Source: an uncultured Verrucomicrobiae bacterium (lineage in GTDB: Bacteria; Verrucomicrobiota; Verrucomicrobiia; Chthoniobacterales; UBA10450). From it: a DNA stretch of 64,000 nucleotides. Where the stretch lies: NCBI GenBank assembly GCA_963834385.1, contig CAWIBO010000001.1, positions 96,001 through 160,000 of the forward strand. Direction: 5' to 3'. The position numbers and the translations under genes were made by a program. The notes beneath the pieces were generated by a model. It was not told the origin of the DNA, did not search any database, and worked only from the letters and a program-made list of their open reading frames with translations. This document shows, one piece after another, positions 54,846-64,000 of the stretch (position 1 is its first letter; every line of letters begins with the position of its first letter).

Positions 54846-56033
54846 ATGCGCGTTCCCCTCCTCGACCTGAGTGAGCAATACCGTTCCCTGGCCGGGCCGC
54901 TCCGGGCCGAGATCGACGAGATTCTCGCCAGCCAGCAGTTTATTCTCGGCCCGAAAGTGGAGGAGTTCGAGGCGGCCATGGCGCACTATTGCGGGTCGCG
55001 CCACGCCATTGGCGTTTCCTCCGGAACCGACGCCCTCCTCGCCATTCTCATGGCCCTGGGAATCGGTCCCGGCCACGCCGTCGTCACCACCGCCTACACT
55101 TTTTTCGCCACCGCCGGCTGCGTCGCCCGTGTGGGCGCCCTGCCGGTGTTCGTCGACATTGAACCCGACACCTTCAATATCTCGCCCGCCGCGCTCGAGG
55201 AATTTCTCGCCGGTTGCGAGCGCAACGAGGCGGGCCGGCCGGTGACGACCGGAGGTCGAGAGATTGCCGCCCTTGTCCCGGTCCACCTCTTTGGGCTATG
55301 CGCCGAGATGGAGGCCCTCTGCGAGATTGCGCGCCGCTACCACGTGGTCCTGATCGAGGACGCCGCCCAGGCGATCGGGGCGGAATACGCCTCCGGGCCG
55401 GTCTCTGGGCGGGCAGGGGCGATGGGATTTGCCGGCTATTTCAGCTTTTATCCTTCGAAAAATCTTGGAGCCGCAGGTGACGCCGGCCTTGTCGTGACCG
55501 ACGACGAGGCATTCGCCGCGCGCCTGCGCGTCTGCCGCCAGCACGGGATGGAACCCCGTTATTTTCATCATTTCATCGGGGGAAATTTCCGGCTCGACGG
55601 CATCCAGGCCGCCATCCTGCAGGTGAAACTGCCCTGGCTCGACCGCTGGTCGGCGCAGCGCCGCGACGCCGCCGATTTCTACCGGGCCGAGTTTTCACGT
55701 CATGGCCTGGAGGAGGTGGTCCGTCTGCCGGTTGAACCCTACCGCGCGGGCGGCCTGGCCAATCACCACATCTATCATCAGTTTGTCATCCGGACAGAGC
55801 GCCGGGACGCTCTGCAGCAGCATCTGACGAAGCGGGAGATCGGCACCGCCATCTACTACCCGCTCGGCCTGCATGAACAGGAATGTTTTCGCGAAATTTG
55901 CGGCCCGGTGGCCCTGCCGGAAACCGAGCGGGCCGCGCGGGAAACGCTCGCCCTTCCGATGTTTCCCGAGTTGACGCGGGAGCAGCAGCGCTGCGTCGTG
56001 GCCGCCGTGGCGGAATTTTTCGAGCGCGCCTAA
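54846..56033 (+). CDS. DegT/DnrJ/EryC1/StrS PLP-dependent sugar aminotransferase
   Basis: VSSGTDAL, IEDAAQAIG, SFYPSKNLGAAGDAG, NFRLDGIQAA. Confidence 0.95.
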   Translation: MRVPLLDLSEQYRSLAGPLRAEIDEILASQQFILGPKVEEFEAAMAHYCGSRHAIGVSSGTDALLAILMALGIGPGHAVVTTAYTFFATAGCVARVGALPVFVDIEPDTFNISPAALEEFLAGCERNEAGRPVTTGGREIAALVPVHLFGLCAEMEALCEIARRYHVVLIEDAAQAIGAEYASGPVSGRAGAMGFAGYFSFYPSKNLGAAGDAGLVVTDDEAFAARLRVCRQHGMEPRYFHHFIGGNFRLDGIQAAILQVKLPWLDRWSAQRRDAADFYRAEFSRHGLEEVVRLPVEPYRAGGLANHHIYHQFVIRTERRDALQQHLTKREIGTAIYYPLGLHEQECFREICGPVALPETERAARETLALPMFPELTREQQRCVVAAVAEFFERA

Positions 56034-56086
56034 CCCGCCACTTGCGACCGGCGGCGCGCCAGCCTATATCAACGGCTCGCAGCGAC

Positions 56087-56170
56087 GGGTAGGTTCCGGA
56101 GTGGCCAAACGGGGCAGACTGTAAATCTGCTGGCTTTACGCCTTCGCTGGTTCGAATCCAGCCCTGCCCA
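56087..56170 (+). tRNA. tRNA-Tyr (GTA)
   Basis: Acceptor GGGTAGG/CCTGCCC-A, anticodon arm GCAGA-CTGTAAA-TCTGC, long variable arm, T-loop GTTCGAATC; CCA not encoded. Confidence 0.96.
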
Positions 56171-56175
56171 TTTTC

Positions 56176-56649
56176 CTAGCGCCGTTTGCGCGCGGTTTTA
56201 CTCCGGGCTTTCGCCTTCGAGACAGAGCGCCCACGCCCGGTTTTTCCGGCCTTGGATCGAGTGGTGCTTCGCCTGGATGTTCCCCCGCTTTTCCCGGCCG
56301 CCCGACGGCTTCCTCCGGCTTTCGCCCCGCGCGCGGATTTGACCGTCTTACGCTCAGACACGGCTTTTTTTGCCTGGCCCGTCTTCCGGCGACCAGTGCC
56401 GCCTCCGCCCGTGACGCCTGCTTTTCGTGCGGCCTTTCGGGCGACGGCCCTGAAGCCACCCTCCCGGGCGGCCCGCCGGCCGACCATCGCGCCCACGACC
56501 CCTCCAACGACCGCGCCGACCGGTCCCGTGACGCTCCCGATGACCGCCCCGGCGGCGGCACCGGCTGCTTCCTTCGAGATCGAGGGCAACTCGACGCGCC
56601 CGGCCGAGCCTCCGTTTTTGCTTCGTCCATTCTTCTTTTCGTTTGCCAT
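56176..56649 (-). CDS. Lys/Arg-rich histone H1-like protein with glycine-zipper segment
   Basis: GGAGAG SD-like sequence upstream; AAGAAAGAVIGSVTGPVGAVVGGVVGAMVG followed by ~100 aa of K/R/A/G/S/T. Confidence 0.68.
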   Translation of the reverse strand: MANEKKNGRSKNGGSAGRVELPSISKEAAGAAAGAVIGSVTGPVGAVVGGVVGAMVGRRAAREGGFRAVARKAARKAGVTGGGGTGRRKTGQAKKAVSERKTVKSARGAKAGGSRRAAGKSGGTSRRSTTRSKAGKTGRGRSVSKAKARSKTARKRR

Positions 56650-56751
56650 AAATTTCCTCTCCGGCCGGGCGGAATGCCCGGCTAATCCTCATTCGCGGGC
56701 GCCATCCTCCTCAGCCGTAGCGTCCGGCTGTTTTAACGGGATTCGGGCAAC

Positions 56752-56781
56752 AAAAAAGCGCTCGCCGAAACGAGCGCTTTT
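56752..56781 (-). terminator. Intrinsic terminator of the RRM gene
   Basis: Minus strand AAAAGCGCTCG-TTTCGG-CGAGCGC-TTTTTT, 23 bp after the stop. Confidence 0.85.
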
Positions 56782-56804
56782 CGAAAAGTAATCGAGCTGG
56801 AGGA

Positions 56805-57209
56805 TTAGCGCCCGCGACGCTGGCCGCCGTCACGGCGTCCGCCGCCGCCGCCACCGCCGTAACCGCCACCGCCGCCGCCACCACCGTAGCCGCCGCCGCC
56901 ACCGCCGCCGCCATAACCGCGGCCACCACCACCACCGCCACCGCCGCCGGGAGGACGAGCCTCGCGCGGACGCGCTTCGTTCACGGTGAGAGGACGACCT
57001 TCCACGGTCTTGCCGTTGAACTGCGTGATCGCGTTCTGGGCGTCCTGGTCAGTGGCCATGGTCACGAAGGCGAAGCCGCGTGATTTGCCGGTGAATTTAT
57101 CCTGCATGAGCGCGACTTCCTGGACGGGGCCGGCCTGCGCAAACAGATCCTGAAGATCAGTCTCCGTCGTGTTGAAGGAAAGATTTCCTACGTATAATTT
57201 AGTTCCCAT
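56805..57209 (-). CDS. RRM RNA-binding protein with Gly-rich tail
   Basis: RNP2 LYVGNL, RNP1 RGFAFVTM, VNEARP and G(n)Y repeats. Confidence 0.96.
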   Translation of the reverse strand: MGTKLYVGNLSFNTTETDLQDLFAQAGPVQEVALMQDKFTGKSRGFAFVTMATDQDAQNAITQFNGKTVEGRPLTVNEARPREARPPGGGGGGGGGRGYGGGGGGGGYGGGGGGGGYGGGGGGGRRDGGQRRGR

Positions 57210-57396
57210 TTGAGTTTATTGGACGAAAACACCGCTTGGACATTGTTCCCGCTCATCGGATTTCAAATCGCCACTGAAATAAACTCAACTGACAATCCAC
57301 CAACGCATCCGAGCTATGGTTCTCGTTTCGGCCTGATTAGTAATTGGTTTCCCCGGCCAACGCAACAGGAATCGCGGGGAGTTGAAGGGACCCAAA

Positions 57397-58620
57397 ATGG
57401 CTGAATCAACCTCGCAATCTCCATCGCAAACACCTGCCCGCGTGGCGATTGTGGCAGCCGGAGTCATCAGCCCCCTGGGCTTTGGCCTCGCCGAGACCGC
57501 CGCCGCCCTGCGCGATGCCCGTGATTGCATCAGCCCGGTGCGGCAGTTCGATGCCGCCGCCTGCCGCTGCCAGACCGCCGGCCAGATTGATCGCGCCCGC
57601 CTGCGACAGAGCGTCACTCTGCCTCGCAGCGACCGTCTGCACCCGGTTGCCTTCATGACCGCTTTTGCGCTCGGGGAAGCCCTCGCCCAGGCTCCCGGCT
57701 TTGTGCCGGAAATTTCCATCTTCGGCACCACCAGCGGCGGAATGTCCTTTGGCGAAGAATACTATCGCGCGCTGGCCGCGGGCCATCCCCTGCGCGGCGC
57801 GGCCACCCGGGTGGCCAACTATCCACCGCAGAAACCGCTCGTGGATGCGCAGGAAGCCTTTGGAATCCACGCGCCCTGCCAGGTGATCGCCAATGCCTGC
57901 GCCTCCGGGAGCAACGCCCTTGGACATGCCTATGCCTGCATCCGCTCCGGACGTTACCAGCGGGTTCTTTCCGGCGGTTACGATGCCATCTCCGAGCTGG
58001 TCTTCGTGGGCTTTGATTCCCTCCAGGCCGCGACCCCGGAAAAGTGCCGCCCGTTTGACCGGGAGCGTACGGGGCTGGTCCTGGGCGAGGGAGCGGCTGT
58101 GCTGGCCCTGGAAAACATGGACGCCGCGCGAGCGCGGGGCGCCACCATCCTTGGCGAGATCACGGGCTACGGCATTTCCACCGACAATCACCATCTGACC
58201 CAGCCGCACCCTTCCGGCAGCGGCCCCCGGCAGTCGATGCAGATGGCGCTGCGGGACGCCGCCCTGCGCCCGGAAGAGATCGACTACGTCAATGCTCACG
58301 GCACAGCCACGCCTTTCAATGATGCGGCCGAAGGACGGGCCATTGTCGAATTGTTCGGCTCCCGTGTGCCGGTCAGCTCTACCAAGGCGATGATGGGCCA
58401 CTCGCTCGGCGCCGCCGGCGCCATCGAGGCGGTGATCAGCCTCCTCGCCCTGCGCGAACAATTCCTCCCGCCCAACCTCAACTTCCGTGCGCTCGACGAC
58501 GGGCTTGAACTGAACGTCATCCAAGGGACCCGCCCCGCTCCCCTCCGCCGCGTCCTTTCCAACTCCTTCGGGTTCGGCGGGGCCAACGCCTCGCTCATCC
58601 TGGAAAAGGCGGCGGCATGA
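57397..58620 (+). CDS. Beta-ketoacyl-ACP synthase (FabF-like)
   Basis: Cys-His-His triad (NACASG, AHGT, GHSLG) and SNSFGFGG. Confidence 0.92.
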   Translation: MAESTSQSPSQTPARVAIVAAGVISPLGFGLAETAAALRDARDCISPVRQFDAAACRCQTAGQIDRARLRQSVTLPRSDRLHPVAFMTAFALGEALAQAPGFVPEISIFGTTSGGMSFGEEYYRALAAGHPLRGAATRVANYPPQKPLVDAQEAFGIHAPCQVIANACASGSNALGHAYACIRSGRYQRVLSGGYDAISELVFVGFDSLQAATPEKCRPFDRERTGLVLGEGAAVLALENMDAARARGATILGEITGYGISTDNHHLTQPHPSGSGPRQSMQMALRDAALRPEEIDYVNAHGTATPFNDAAEGRAIVELFGSRVPVSSTKAMMGHSLGAAGAIEAVISLLALREQFLPPNLNFRALDDGLELNVIQGTRPAPLRRVLSNSFGFGGANASLILEKAAA

Positions 58621-59741
58621 CGTCTGTCTTCCTCGCCGGCCTCGGCTGGGTCACGCCGCTGGGCAGCGATCTTAACGGAGTTTGGGAAGCACTCCGGGAG
58701 GGTCGCGAGGGCGAGATCACTTTTCTTTCCTCCCCAGTTTCTGACCGCCGTTACCCGGTCATGGCGGTGCCGGCGGAAGCGACCGCCTCTCTTCCGCGTC
58801 ACCCGCGACTCCGGCGCGCGAGTGCCATCTCACGGTTTGCCGCCGCCGCCGGACTGGCGGCGTTGCGCGATGCCGGGCTGGAGCTGAACGAGACGACTGC
58901 GCAAAGAACGGCACTGGTCTTTGCCATCTCCAATGGCGGAGTCATCTACACCGAGCGCTTCTTCCACGAGATCGTGCAGAGCGGGCCGCAAGCCGCGAGT
59001 CCCCTCCTTTTTCCCGAGACGGTTTTTAACGCCCCCGCCAGTCATCTCGCCGCCATCCTCGGGCTTTCCGGCGCCACCTACACGCTCGTCGGTGACGGCG
59101 CCGTCGGCCTCCTGGCCCTGCGCATGGCGCATGATCTCATGGCCAACGAGGACATCGATCACTGCCTCGTCGTGGCCGCGGAGGAAGCGGACTGGCTTCT
59201 CTGCGACGCCTACCGGCGCTGGCGGCTCCTGCGGACGGTTCCGCCGCCGTCGCTCTACGACGCCAAAGCGAGGGGCATGATTCCGAGCGAAGGCGCGGGC
59301 GCGCTTCTCCTGGCGCGCTCCGGAAAAATCGAACTGCGGACGACGAGCGCGGGAACAAACTACGCGCGCCGGAGCGAATGCGCGGAAGCAGCGGCCCGCG
59401 TCCTCGGCGAACTGGGCCGCCCCGATCTGCTTGTCACGAGCGCGAACGGCACCTTCATCGACGAAGCGGAACGGAAAGCTCTGGGAATGCTGCCGTCCGG
59501 CGCCCTTGTCTATCCCCCAAAAGGGGCCCTGGGCGAAGGTGTTGGCGCCAGCGGCCTCTGGCAGACCATCGTGGCGGCGCGCGCCCTGGCTACGGGGCAA
59601 TTGCCGGCGGCACTGCATGCGGAGCCGGGGCCGGTTGGCGTGAATCGCGCCCCGCTCGCGGGCGCCAGCTTCCGGGAGGCGGCCATCCTCTCCTGCGGGT
59701 TGAACCAGCAGGTTGCCGGGGCTCTTCTCTCCCTTGGCTGA
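58617..59741 (+). CDS. Catalytically degenerate ketosynthase (chain-length-factor-like)
   Basis: SPLLFPETVFNAPAS and SEGAGAL; triad positions read GDGAVG, SANGT and GEGVG; ATGA overlap with the upstream KS. Confidence 0.8.
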   Translation: MTSVFLAGLGWVTPLGSDLNGVWEALREGREGEITFLSSPVSDRRYPVMAVPAEATASLPRHPRLRRASAISRFAAAAGLAALRDAGLELNETTAQRTALVFAISNGGVIYTERFFHEIVQSGPQAASPLLFPETVFNAPASHLAAILGLSGATYTLVGDGAVGLLALRMAHDLMANEDIDHCLVVAAEEADWLLCDAYRRWRLLRTVPPPSLYDAKARGMIPSEGAGALLLARSGKIELRTTSAGTNYARRSECAEAAARVLGELGRPDLLVTSANGTFIDEAERKALGMLPSGALVYPPKGALGEGVGASGLWQTIVAARALATGQLPAALHAEPGPVGVNRAPLAGASFREAAILSCGLNQQVAGALLSLG

Positions 59742-59795
59742 GGCCGCTTTATGCCTTTGCAAGCCGACCGCCTCTCGGTAACCTTCGGCCTGCCG

Positions 59796-62048
59796 ATGCG
59801 TGGAGCATTTCTTACTGTCACTTGGTTCCTGGCGATGCTCGCGGGCGCGGAGCTGCACGCACAGGGCCCCGAGAATGCGCCTGTAGAGATAACTTCATCA
59901 GGCGGAACTACTTACGATAACGGGATCGCCGTCGCTCGGGAGAACGTCGCCATCCGCTTCGGCGACACGGACATTTACTCCGATTACGCGCGCTATGATG
60001 CCACCACCCGCGACGTCGAGCTCCGCGGCAATGTCCGAATCTATCGCGCCGGCAATTTGTACGTCAGCGACAGCGCCGGTTACAACCTGGGGACGGGCCA
60101 GATTCGCGCTCTGGAGCTGCGGACGGAATACCAGCCCTATTTCCTCGCGGCGGACAACATCGAGGCGCCGAAGTCCGGGGAATACATGGTCAAGGACGGC
60201 ACCTTTACCACGCACGATTCCGACCGGCCTGATTTTCGCCTGCGCGCGCGCAAGCTCCGGATTTACGAGAACAACCGGGCCGTCTTCCAAAACGTGACCA
60301 TGCTGGTGGGCAACGTTCCCGTTTTCTGGTGGCCCTATCTTTACCAGTCTCTGGATGACGCCTTCGGTTTCAGTGTTTCGCCGGCTTACTTCAGCTCCTG
60401 GGGGCCCTCCCTGCTCAGCCAGATCACGTTTCCCATCACGGACCAGATCAAGGGACGAGTCCGGCTTGATTACCGCGTTCGGCGCGGCGCCGCGCTCGGT
60501 TTCGAGTCGGAGATGCGCTACGGCCCGGAGGAAGCCAGCTATGCGCGGCTGAAGACTTATTTGATGAGCGACCAGAACCCGCTTTTGAACCGGACGTCGC
60601 TCCCGCGCGGCACCGTCGGCACGGCGCGTTACCGCGTCTCGCTGCAGGACCGCACCTATTTCACGGACGACATTTATGCCACGGTCAACGTGACCAAGCT
60701 GAGCGACGAATTCGTCCTGCAGGATTTTTACCAGACGGAGTTCCGGTTTGATCCGCAGCCGGACAACATGGTGGCGCTGACGAAGACGGATTCGTTTTAC
60801 ACCCTCACGGCGCTGACGCGTTTTCAGGCGAACAGTTTCTTTGAAACCACCGAACGTTTTCCCGAGATCGTGCTCGACGTGAAGCGGCACGGCCTTTTTG
60901 GCGGGCCGATCTTTTATGAAGGCGAGACGGGCGTGGCGGAACTGCACCGTAACTTTGCGCGGGCCTCCGGGCTGCAGGATTACGGGACCTTCCGGGCGGA
61001 CACCTTTCACCAGTTGCTCTATCCCAACACCTATTTCGGGTGGCTTTCCGTGGTCCCCCGGGCCGGGTTCCGCGGGACCTACTACTCCGAGTCGCGCGAT
61101 ATCGGCAACGTCTCGTTCCTGGATGATGGCAGCCCCCTGGTGCCCGATTTTCTGCTCCCTCCGCCCACCCTGGCAATGCCGATCGACAAGGCCGGCGACC
61201 AGTTTCGCGCGGTCTTCAACGCCGGGATGGAGGCTTCCTTCAAGGTCTCGCGAACCTGGGAGCAGGCCCAGAGCCGGATGATCGGGCTGGACGGTCTGCG
61301 CCATATTATCCAGCCCTTCACCAATTTTTCCTATGTCTCGGATGGCGGAGTCAATCCGGCCGAGATTCTTCAGTTCGACCGCTTTGTTCCCTCGACCCAG
61401 CTTCGCCCGATTGATTTTCCGCAGTTCACCTCGGTCGATTCGATTGATCGCTGGACCATCTGGCGCCTGGGAGTGCGCAACCGTCTGCAGACCCGCCGGG
61501 ACGATCTCACCCTGACGTGGCTGGAACTGGAAACGTTCATGGATTGGAACATCAACAATCCCTTCGACGAGACCGATTATTCCAACCTCTTTAACCGGCT
61601 CCGCTTCACCCCGCTGCCGTGGATGACGTTTGCCGTCAGCAGCCAGGTGCCGGTCTTCGACCATGGCTTCACCGAGGTCAACACCGGGGTGAGCGTGCAA
61701 CCAGTGGCGAATGTGCAGGTGGGGTTCGGCCATCGTTATCTGAGCGAGAACCCCTTCTTCAACAACAGCAGTCTCTTCACCTTTAATGGCTACTACCGGG
61801 TCGATGACAACTGGGGGTTTGGTTTTCAGGAGCAGTTCGAGGCGAACACCGGGGTGCTCGAGCAGCAGCGCTATTCCGTTCACCGCGACCTGACCAGCTG
61901 GGTCGCCTCCCTCGGCGCCGTCATCCGCAACAATGCCGGGGTGAACGAGTATGGCGTGCTTCTCACCTTCACCCTGAAGGCGTTTCCCAAGATTGGTTTC
62001 GACTTCAACTTTGATCCAACCGGCGGCACCGGTTCCGATCTCGAATGA
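59796..62048 (+). CDS. lptD: LPS assembly protein LptD-like
   Basis: Signal peptide, OstA-like N-terminus (ELRGNVRI, FTTHD, VPVFWWPY) and an aromatic-rich beta-barrel. The ORF is open from 59751. Confidence 0.85.
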   Translation: MRGAFLTVTWFLAMLAGAELHAQGPENAPVEITSSGGTTYDNGIAVARENVAIRFGDTDIYSDYARYDATTRDVELRGNVRIYRAGNLYVSDSAGYNLGTGQIRALELRTEYQPYFLAADNIEAPKSGEYMVKDGTFTTHDSDRPDFRLRARKLRIYENNRAVFQNVTMLVGNVPVFWWPYLYQSLDDAFGFSVSPAYFSSWGPSLLSQITFPITDQIKGRVRLDYRVRRGAALGFESEMRYGPEEASYARLKTYLMSDQNPLLNRTSLPRGTVGTARYRVSLQDRTYFTDDIYATVNVTKLSDEFVLQDFYQTEFRFDPQPDNMVALTKTDSFYTLTALTRFQANSFFETTERFPEIVLDVKRHGLFGGPIFYEGETGVAELHRNFARASGLQDYGTFRADTFHQLLYPNTYFGWLSVVPRAGFRGTYYSESRDIGNVSFLDDGSPLVPDFLLPPPTLAMPIDKAGDQFRAVFNAGMEASFKVSRTWEQAQSRMIGLDGLRHIIQPFTNFSYVSDGGVNPAEILQFDRFVPSTQLRPIDFPQFTSVDSIDRWTIWRLGVRNRLQTRRDDLTLTWLELETFMDWNINNPFDETDYSNLFNRLRFTPLPWMTFAVSSQVPVFDHGFTEVNTGVSVQPVANVQVGFGHRYLSENPFFNNSSLFTFNGYYRVDDNWGFGFQEQFEANTGVLEQQRYSVHRDLTSWVASLGAVIRNNAGVNEYGVLLTFTLKAFPKIGFDFNFDPTGGTGSDLE

Positions 62049-62120
62049 AGTCTTTGCAAAACCAGCCAACCTCCTCTTCCTTGGGCCTCCGCGGCTAAGG
62101 AAATCCGCGCCCTTTTTCCC

Positions 62121-63434
62121 ATGGACCTTTCTATTATCGGCTCCGGCTATGTCGGCCTCGTCACTGGCGCCTGTTTTGCCGACGTCGGTCATAATGTCGT
62201 CTGCGTCGACAACGATCCGCGCAAGGTTGAGGCGCTGCAGGCGGGGCGCGTGCCGATCTACGAGCCGGGCCTGGAGGATCTTATTCACCGCAATGTCGCC
62301 GCCCGGCGTCTCCGCTTCACCGGCAGCATCAAGGACGGCGTCGACAATTCCCAGGTCGTCTTTATTGCCGTGCCCACGCCGCAGCAGCCGGATGGCAGTG
62401 TCGACCTCAGTTTCATCGAAAAGGTCGCGCGCGAGATCGCGGGCGTGCTCACTTCCTACCGCGTCATCGTCGACAAGAGCACTGTCCCGGTGAAAACGGG
62501 TGAAAAAGTGGCGGAGTCAATCAAGCGCTACAACCGGCACCAGGCTGACTTCGACGTGGTCAGCAATCCGGAGTTTTTGCGTGAAGGCTGTGCGGTGGGG
62601 GATTTGATGAAGCCCGACCGCATCGTCATCGGAGCCCAGAGCGAAAGGGCCATCGACCTCATGAAGAAGGTCTACGAGCCGTTCATGGCGCCGATCCTTG
62701 TGACCGATATCAACAGCGCCGAGCTGATCAAGCATGCCGCCAACTCTTTCCTCGCGCTCAAAATTTCCTACATCAATGCGGTCTCCGCCATCTGCGAGGC
62801 GAGTGGCGCCGACATTGAGAAGGTGGCCGACGGGATCGGAATGGATCGCCGCATCGGCCGCAATTTCCTGAACGCGGGAATCGGCTACGGCGGCTCCTGT
62901 TTTCCCAAGGATATCGCCGCGTTCATTACCATCAGCGAGCAACTGGGCGTCCCCTTCAGCCTGCTCAAGGAAGTGCAACGCATCAATGCTTCCCAGCGCG
63001 AACGCTTCCTCAAGACCATTCGCGATCGTCTCTGGGTCCTGCGGGAGAAAAAGATCGCTGTCTGGGGCCTCACTTTCAAACCGGACACCGACGATGTCCG
63101 CTCATCCGTCGCGGTCGATCTCGTGGCCGACATGGTTCGCGAGGGCGCTCAGGTGACCGTTTACGATCCAAAGGGGATGGAGAAGGCGCGCGAATTGCCC
63201 GCCCTCGCCCAGGCCCAATTCGCCGACTCCGCCCTGGAGGCCGTGGAAGGAGCGGAAGCCCTGGTCGTCGCCACCGAGTGGTCCGAGTTCCGCAATATTG
63301 ATTTCGAGGCGGTAAAGTCCCGCATGGTGACCCCCATGGTCTTCGACGGGCGCAACCTTCTCAATCCCGTCACCATGGCTGAACTCGGTTTCGAATACTT
63401 CTCGATCGGCCGGCACGCCGTGGGCCGAAGCTAG
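62121..63434 (+). CDS. ugd: UDP-glucose 6-dehydrogenase
   Basis: IGSGYVGLV, IAVPTP, KSTVPV, SNPEFLREG, GYGGSCFPKD, FKPDTDD, DGRN. Confidence 0.95.
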   Translation: MDLSIIGSGYVGLVTGACFADVGHNVVCVDNDPRKVEALQAGRVPIYEPGLEDLIHRNVAARRLRFTGSIKDGVDNSQVVFIAVPTPQQPDGSVDLSFIEKVAREIAGVLTSYRVIVDKSTVPVKTGEKVAESIKRYNRHQADFDVVSNPEFLREGCAVGDLMKPDRIVIGAQSERAIDLMKKVYEPFMAPILVTDINSAELIKHAANSFLALKISYINAVSAICEASGADIEKVADGIGMDRRIGRNFLNAGIGYGGSCFPKDIAAFITISEQLGVPFSLLKEVQRINASQRERFLKTIRDRLWVLREKKIAVWGLTFKPDTDDVRSSVAVDLVADMVREGAQVTVYDPKGMEKARELPALAQAQFADSALEAVEGAEALVVATEWSEFRNIDFEAVKSRMVTPMVFDGRNLLNPVTMAELGFEYFSIGRHAVGRS

Positions 63435-63451
63435 CAGCGGCGCGACAGTTC

Positions 63452-64000
63452 ATGTCGCCGGTCACTGCCCGTTCAGTTGCGCATGAAGCGCTGCAGGAAT
63501 GGTCCGCGACCCGGTTTTTCGCCGATACCATTCTGCACCGGCTGGAAGCGCTGCGCCCGTTGTCCTCCCGCGACCGTGCCTTTGCGCAGGAACTTTTCTA
63601 CGGCGTCCTCCGAAACCTGAGCCTGCTCGACTTTTGGCTCGGAGTGCTTCGGCAGGGACATCTGCAACCGGGTGTTCGGACCCTCCTTCGGCTCGGTCTC
63701 TACCAGGCGATGATCCTGCGAATCGCGCCCCACGCCGCGGTAAACGAAGTGGTCGCCCTTGCTCCCGCCCGGGCGCGTCCCGTCGTCAACGGCGTCCTGC
63801 GGACGGCGCTGCGCCGTGAGGAAGAATTGCGGGAAATGGCGCGGGCGCAGCCCCCGGAAATTCGCTTCTCGCACCCGGCTTTTCTCCTGGAGCGTTGGCG
63901 AAAAGCTTTCGGCCCGGAGGAGACTGAAGCGCTCTGCCGATGGAACAACGAGCCGCCGCCGGTTTACGCAAGGATCAATCTCCTCCAGACGGATAAGCCG
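63452..64000 (+). CDS. rsmB: 16S rRNA m5C967 methyltransferase RsmB, N-terminal NusB-like part (partial)
   Basis: Not in the ORF track. Hand translation gives DRAFAQELFYGVLR, LRLGLYQ, HAAVNEVV, VNGVLR, SHPAFL, WNNEPPP..RIN; open to the window end. Confidence 0.88.
   Translation, partial: MSPVTARSVAHEALQEWSATRFFADTILHRLEALRPLSSRDRAFAQELFYGVLRNLSLLDFWLGVLRQGHLQPGVRTLLRLGLYQAMILRIAPHAAVNEVVALAPARARPVVNGVLRTALRREEELREMARAQPPEIRFSHPAFLLERWRKAFGPEETEALCRWNNEPPPVYARINLLQTDKP

Noticed and set aside
56087..56300. tRNA-Tyr as an integration site
   Set aside because: No integrase and no duplicated tRNA 3' end were seen in the window.
56838..56950. (CCG/CCA)n tandem repeats as CRISPR or VNTR
   Set aside because: They encode the Gly-rich tail of the RRM protein; no repeat-spacer structure and no cas genes.
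57240..57340. Hammerhead-like words (CCGATGAG, CGAAAC) in the RRM leader
   Set aside because: The CUGAUGA core is not matched and the required stems could not be built.
59898..62288. 796-aa minus-strand ORF
   Set aside because: Antisense shadow of lptD and ugd.

Overview
High-GC bacterial chromosomal window. It is most consistent with Verrucomicrobiota (probably Spartobacteria/Chthoniobacterales); this is inferred from TGTTC-N4-GAACA LexA boxes and gene content, not from a marker gene. No mobile element, prophage, CRISPR array or rRNA was seen. From left to right it holds: a sigma-54-driven ABC export cluster (2 ATPases, 3 tandem duplicated MacB-like permeases, a membrane fusion protein, 2 small ORFs) beside an NtrC-type two-component pair; an octaheme cytochrome c with a small membrane protein; dcp, a methyltransferase, comM, ino1, a SigA-family sigma factor and pyk; two very large multi-domain glycosyltransferases and a methyltransferase; two DUF4142-like proteins; a TPR gene, mutS, iscA-hscB-lexA, a malK-like ATPase, a SufR-like regulator and glgE; exbB-exbD-TPR; a LexA-boxed imuA with a short imuB; ygfZ, an oxidoreductase, a PPIase, an M28 peptidase, parB, mqnD and a DegT aminotransferase; tRNA-Tyr, a basic H1-like protein and an RRM protein; a ketosynthase/chain-length-factor pair, lptD, ugd and partial rsmB. 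Seven single-base frameshifts in five otherwise intact genes suggest sequencing or assembly indels. The best leads are the mini-ImuB SOS cassette without dnaE2, the pseudo-methyltransferase/coiled-coil/glycosyltransferase protein, the sigma-54 enhancer architecture, the octaheme module, the structured RRM leader and the orphan KS-CLF pair. All protein calls come from motif recognition by eye; no database search was run.
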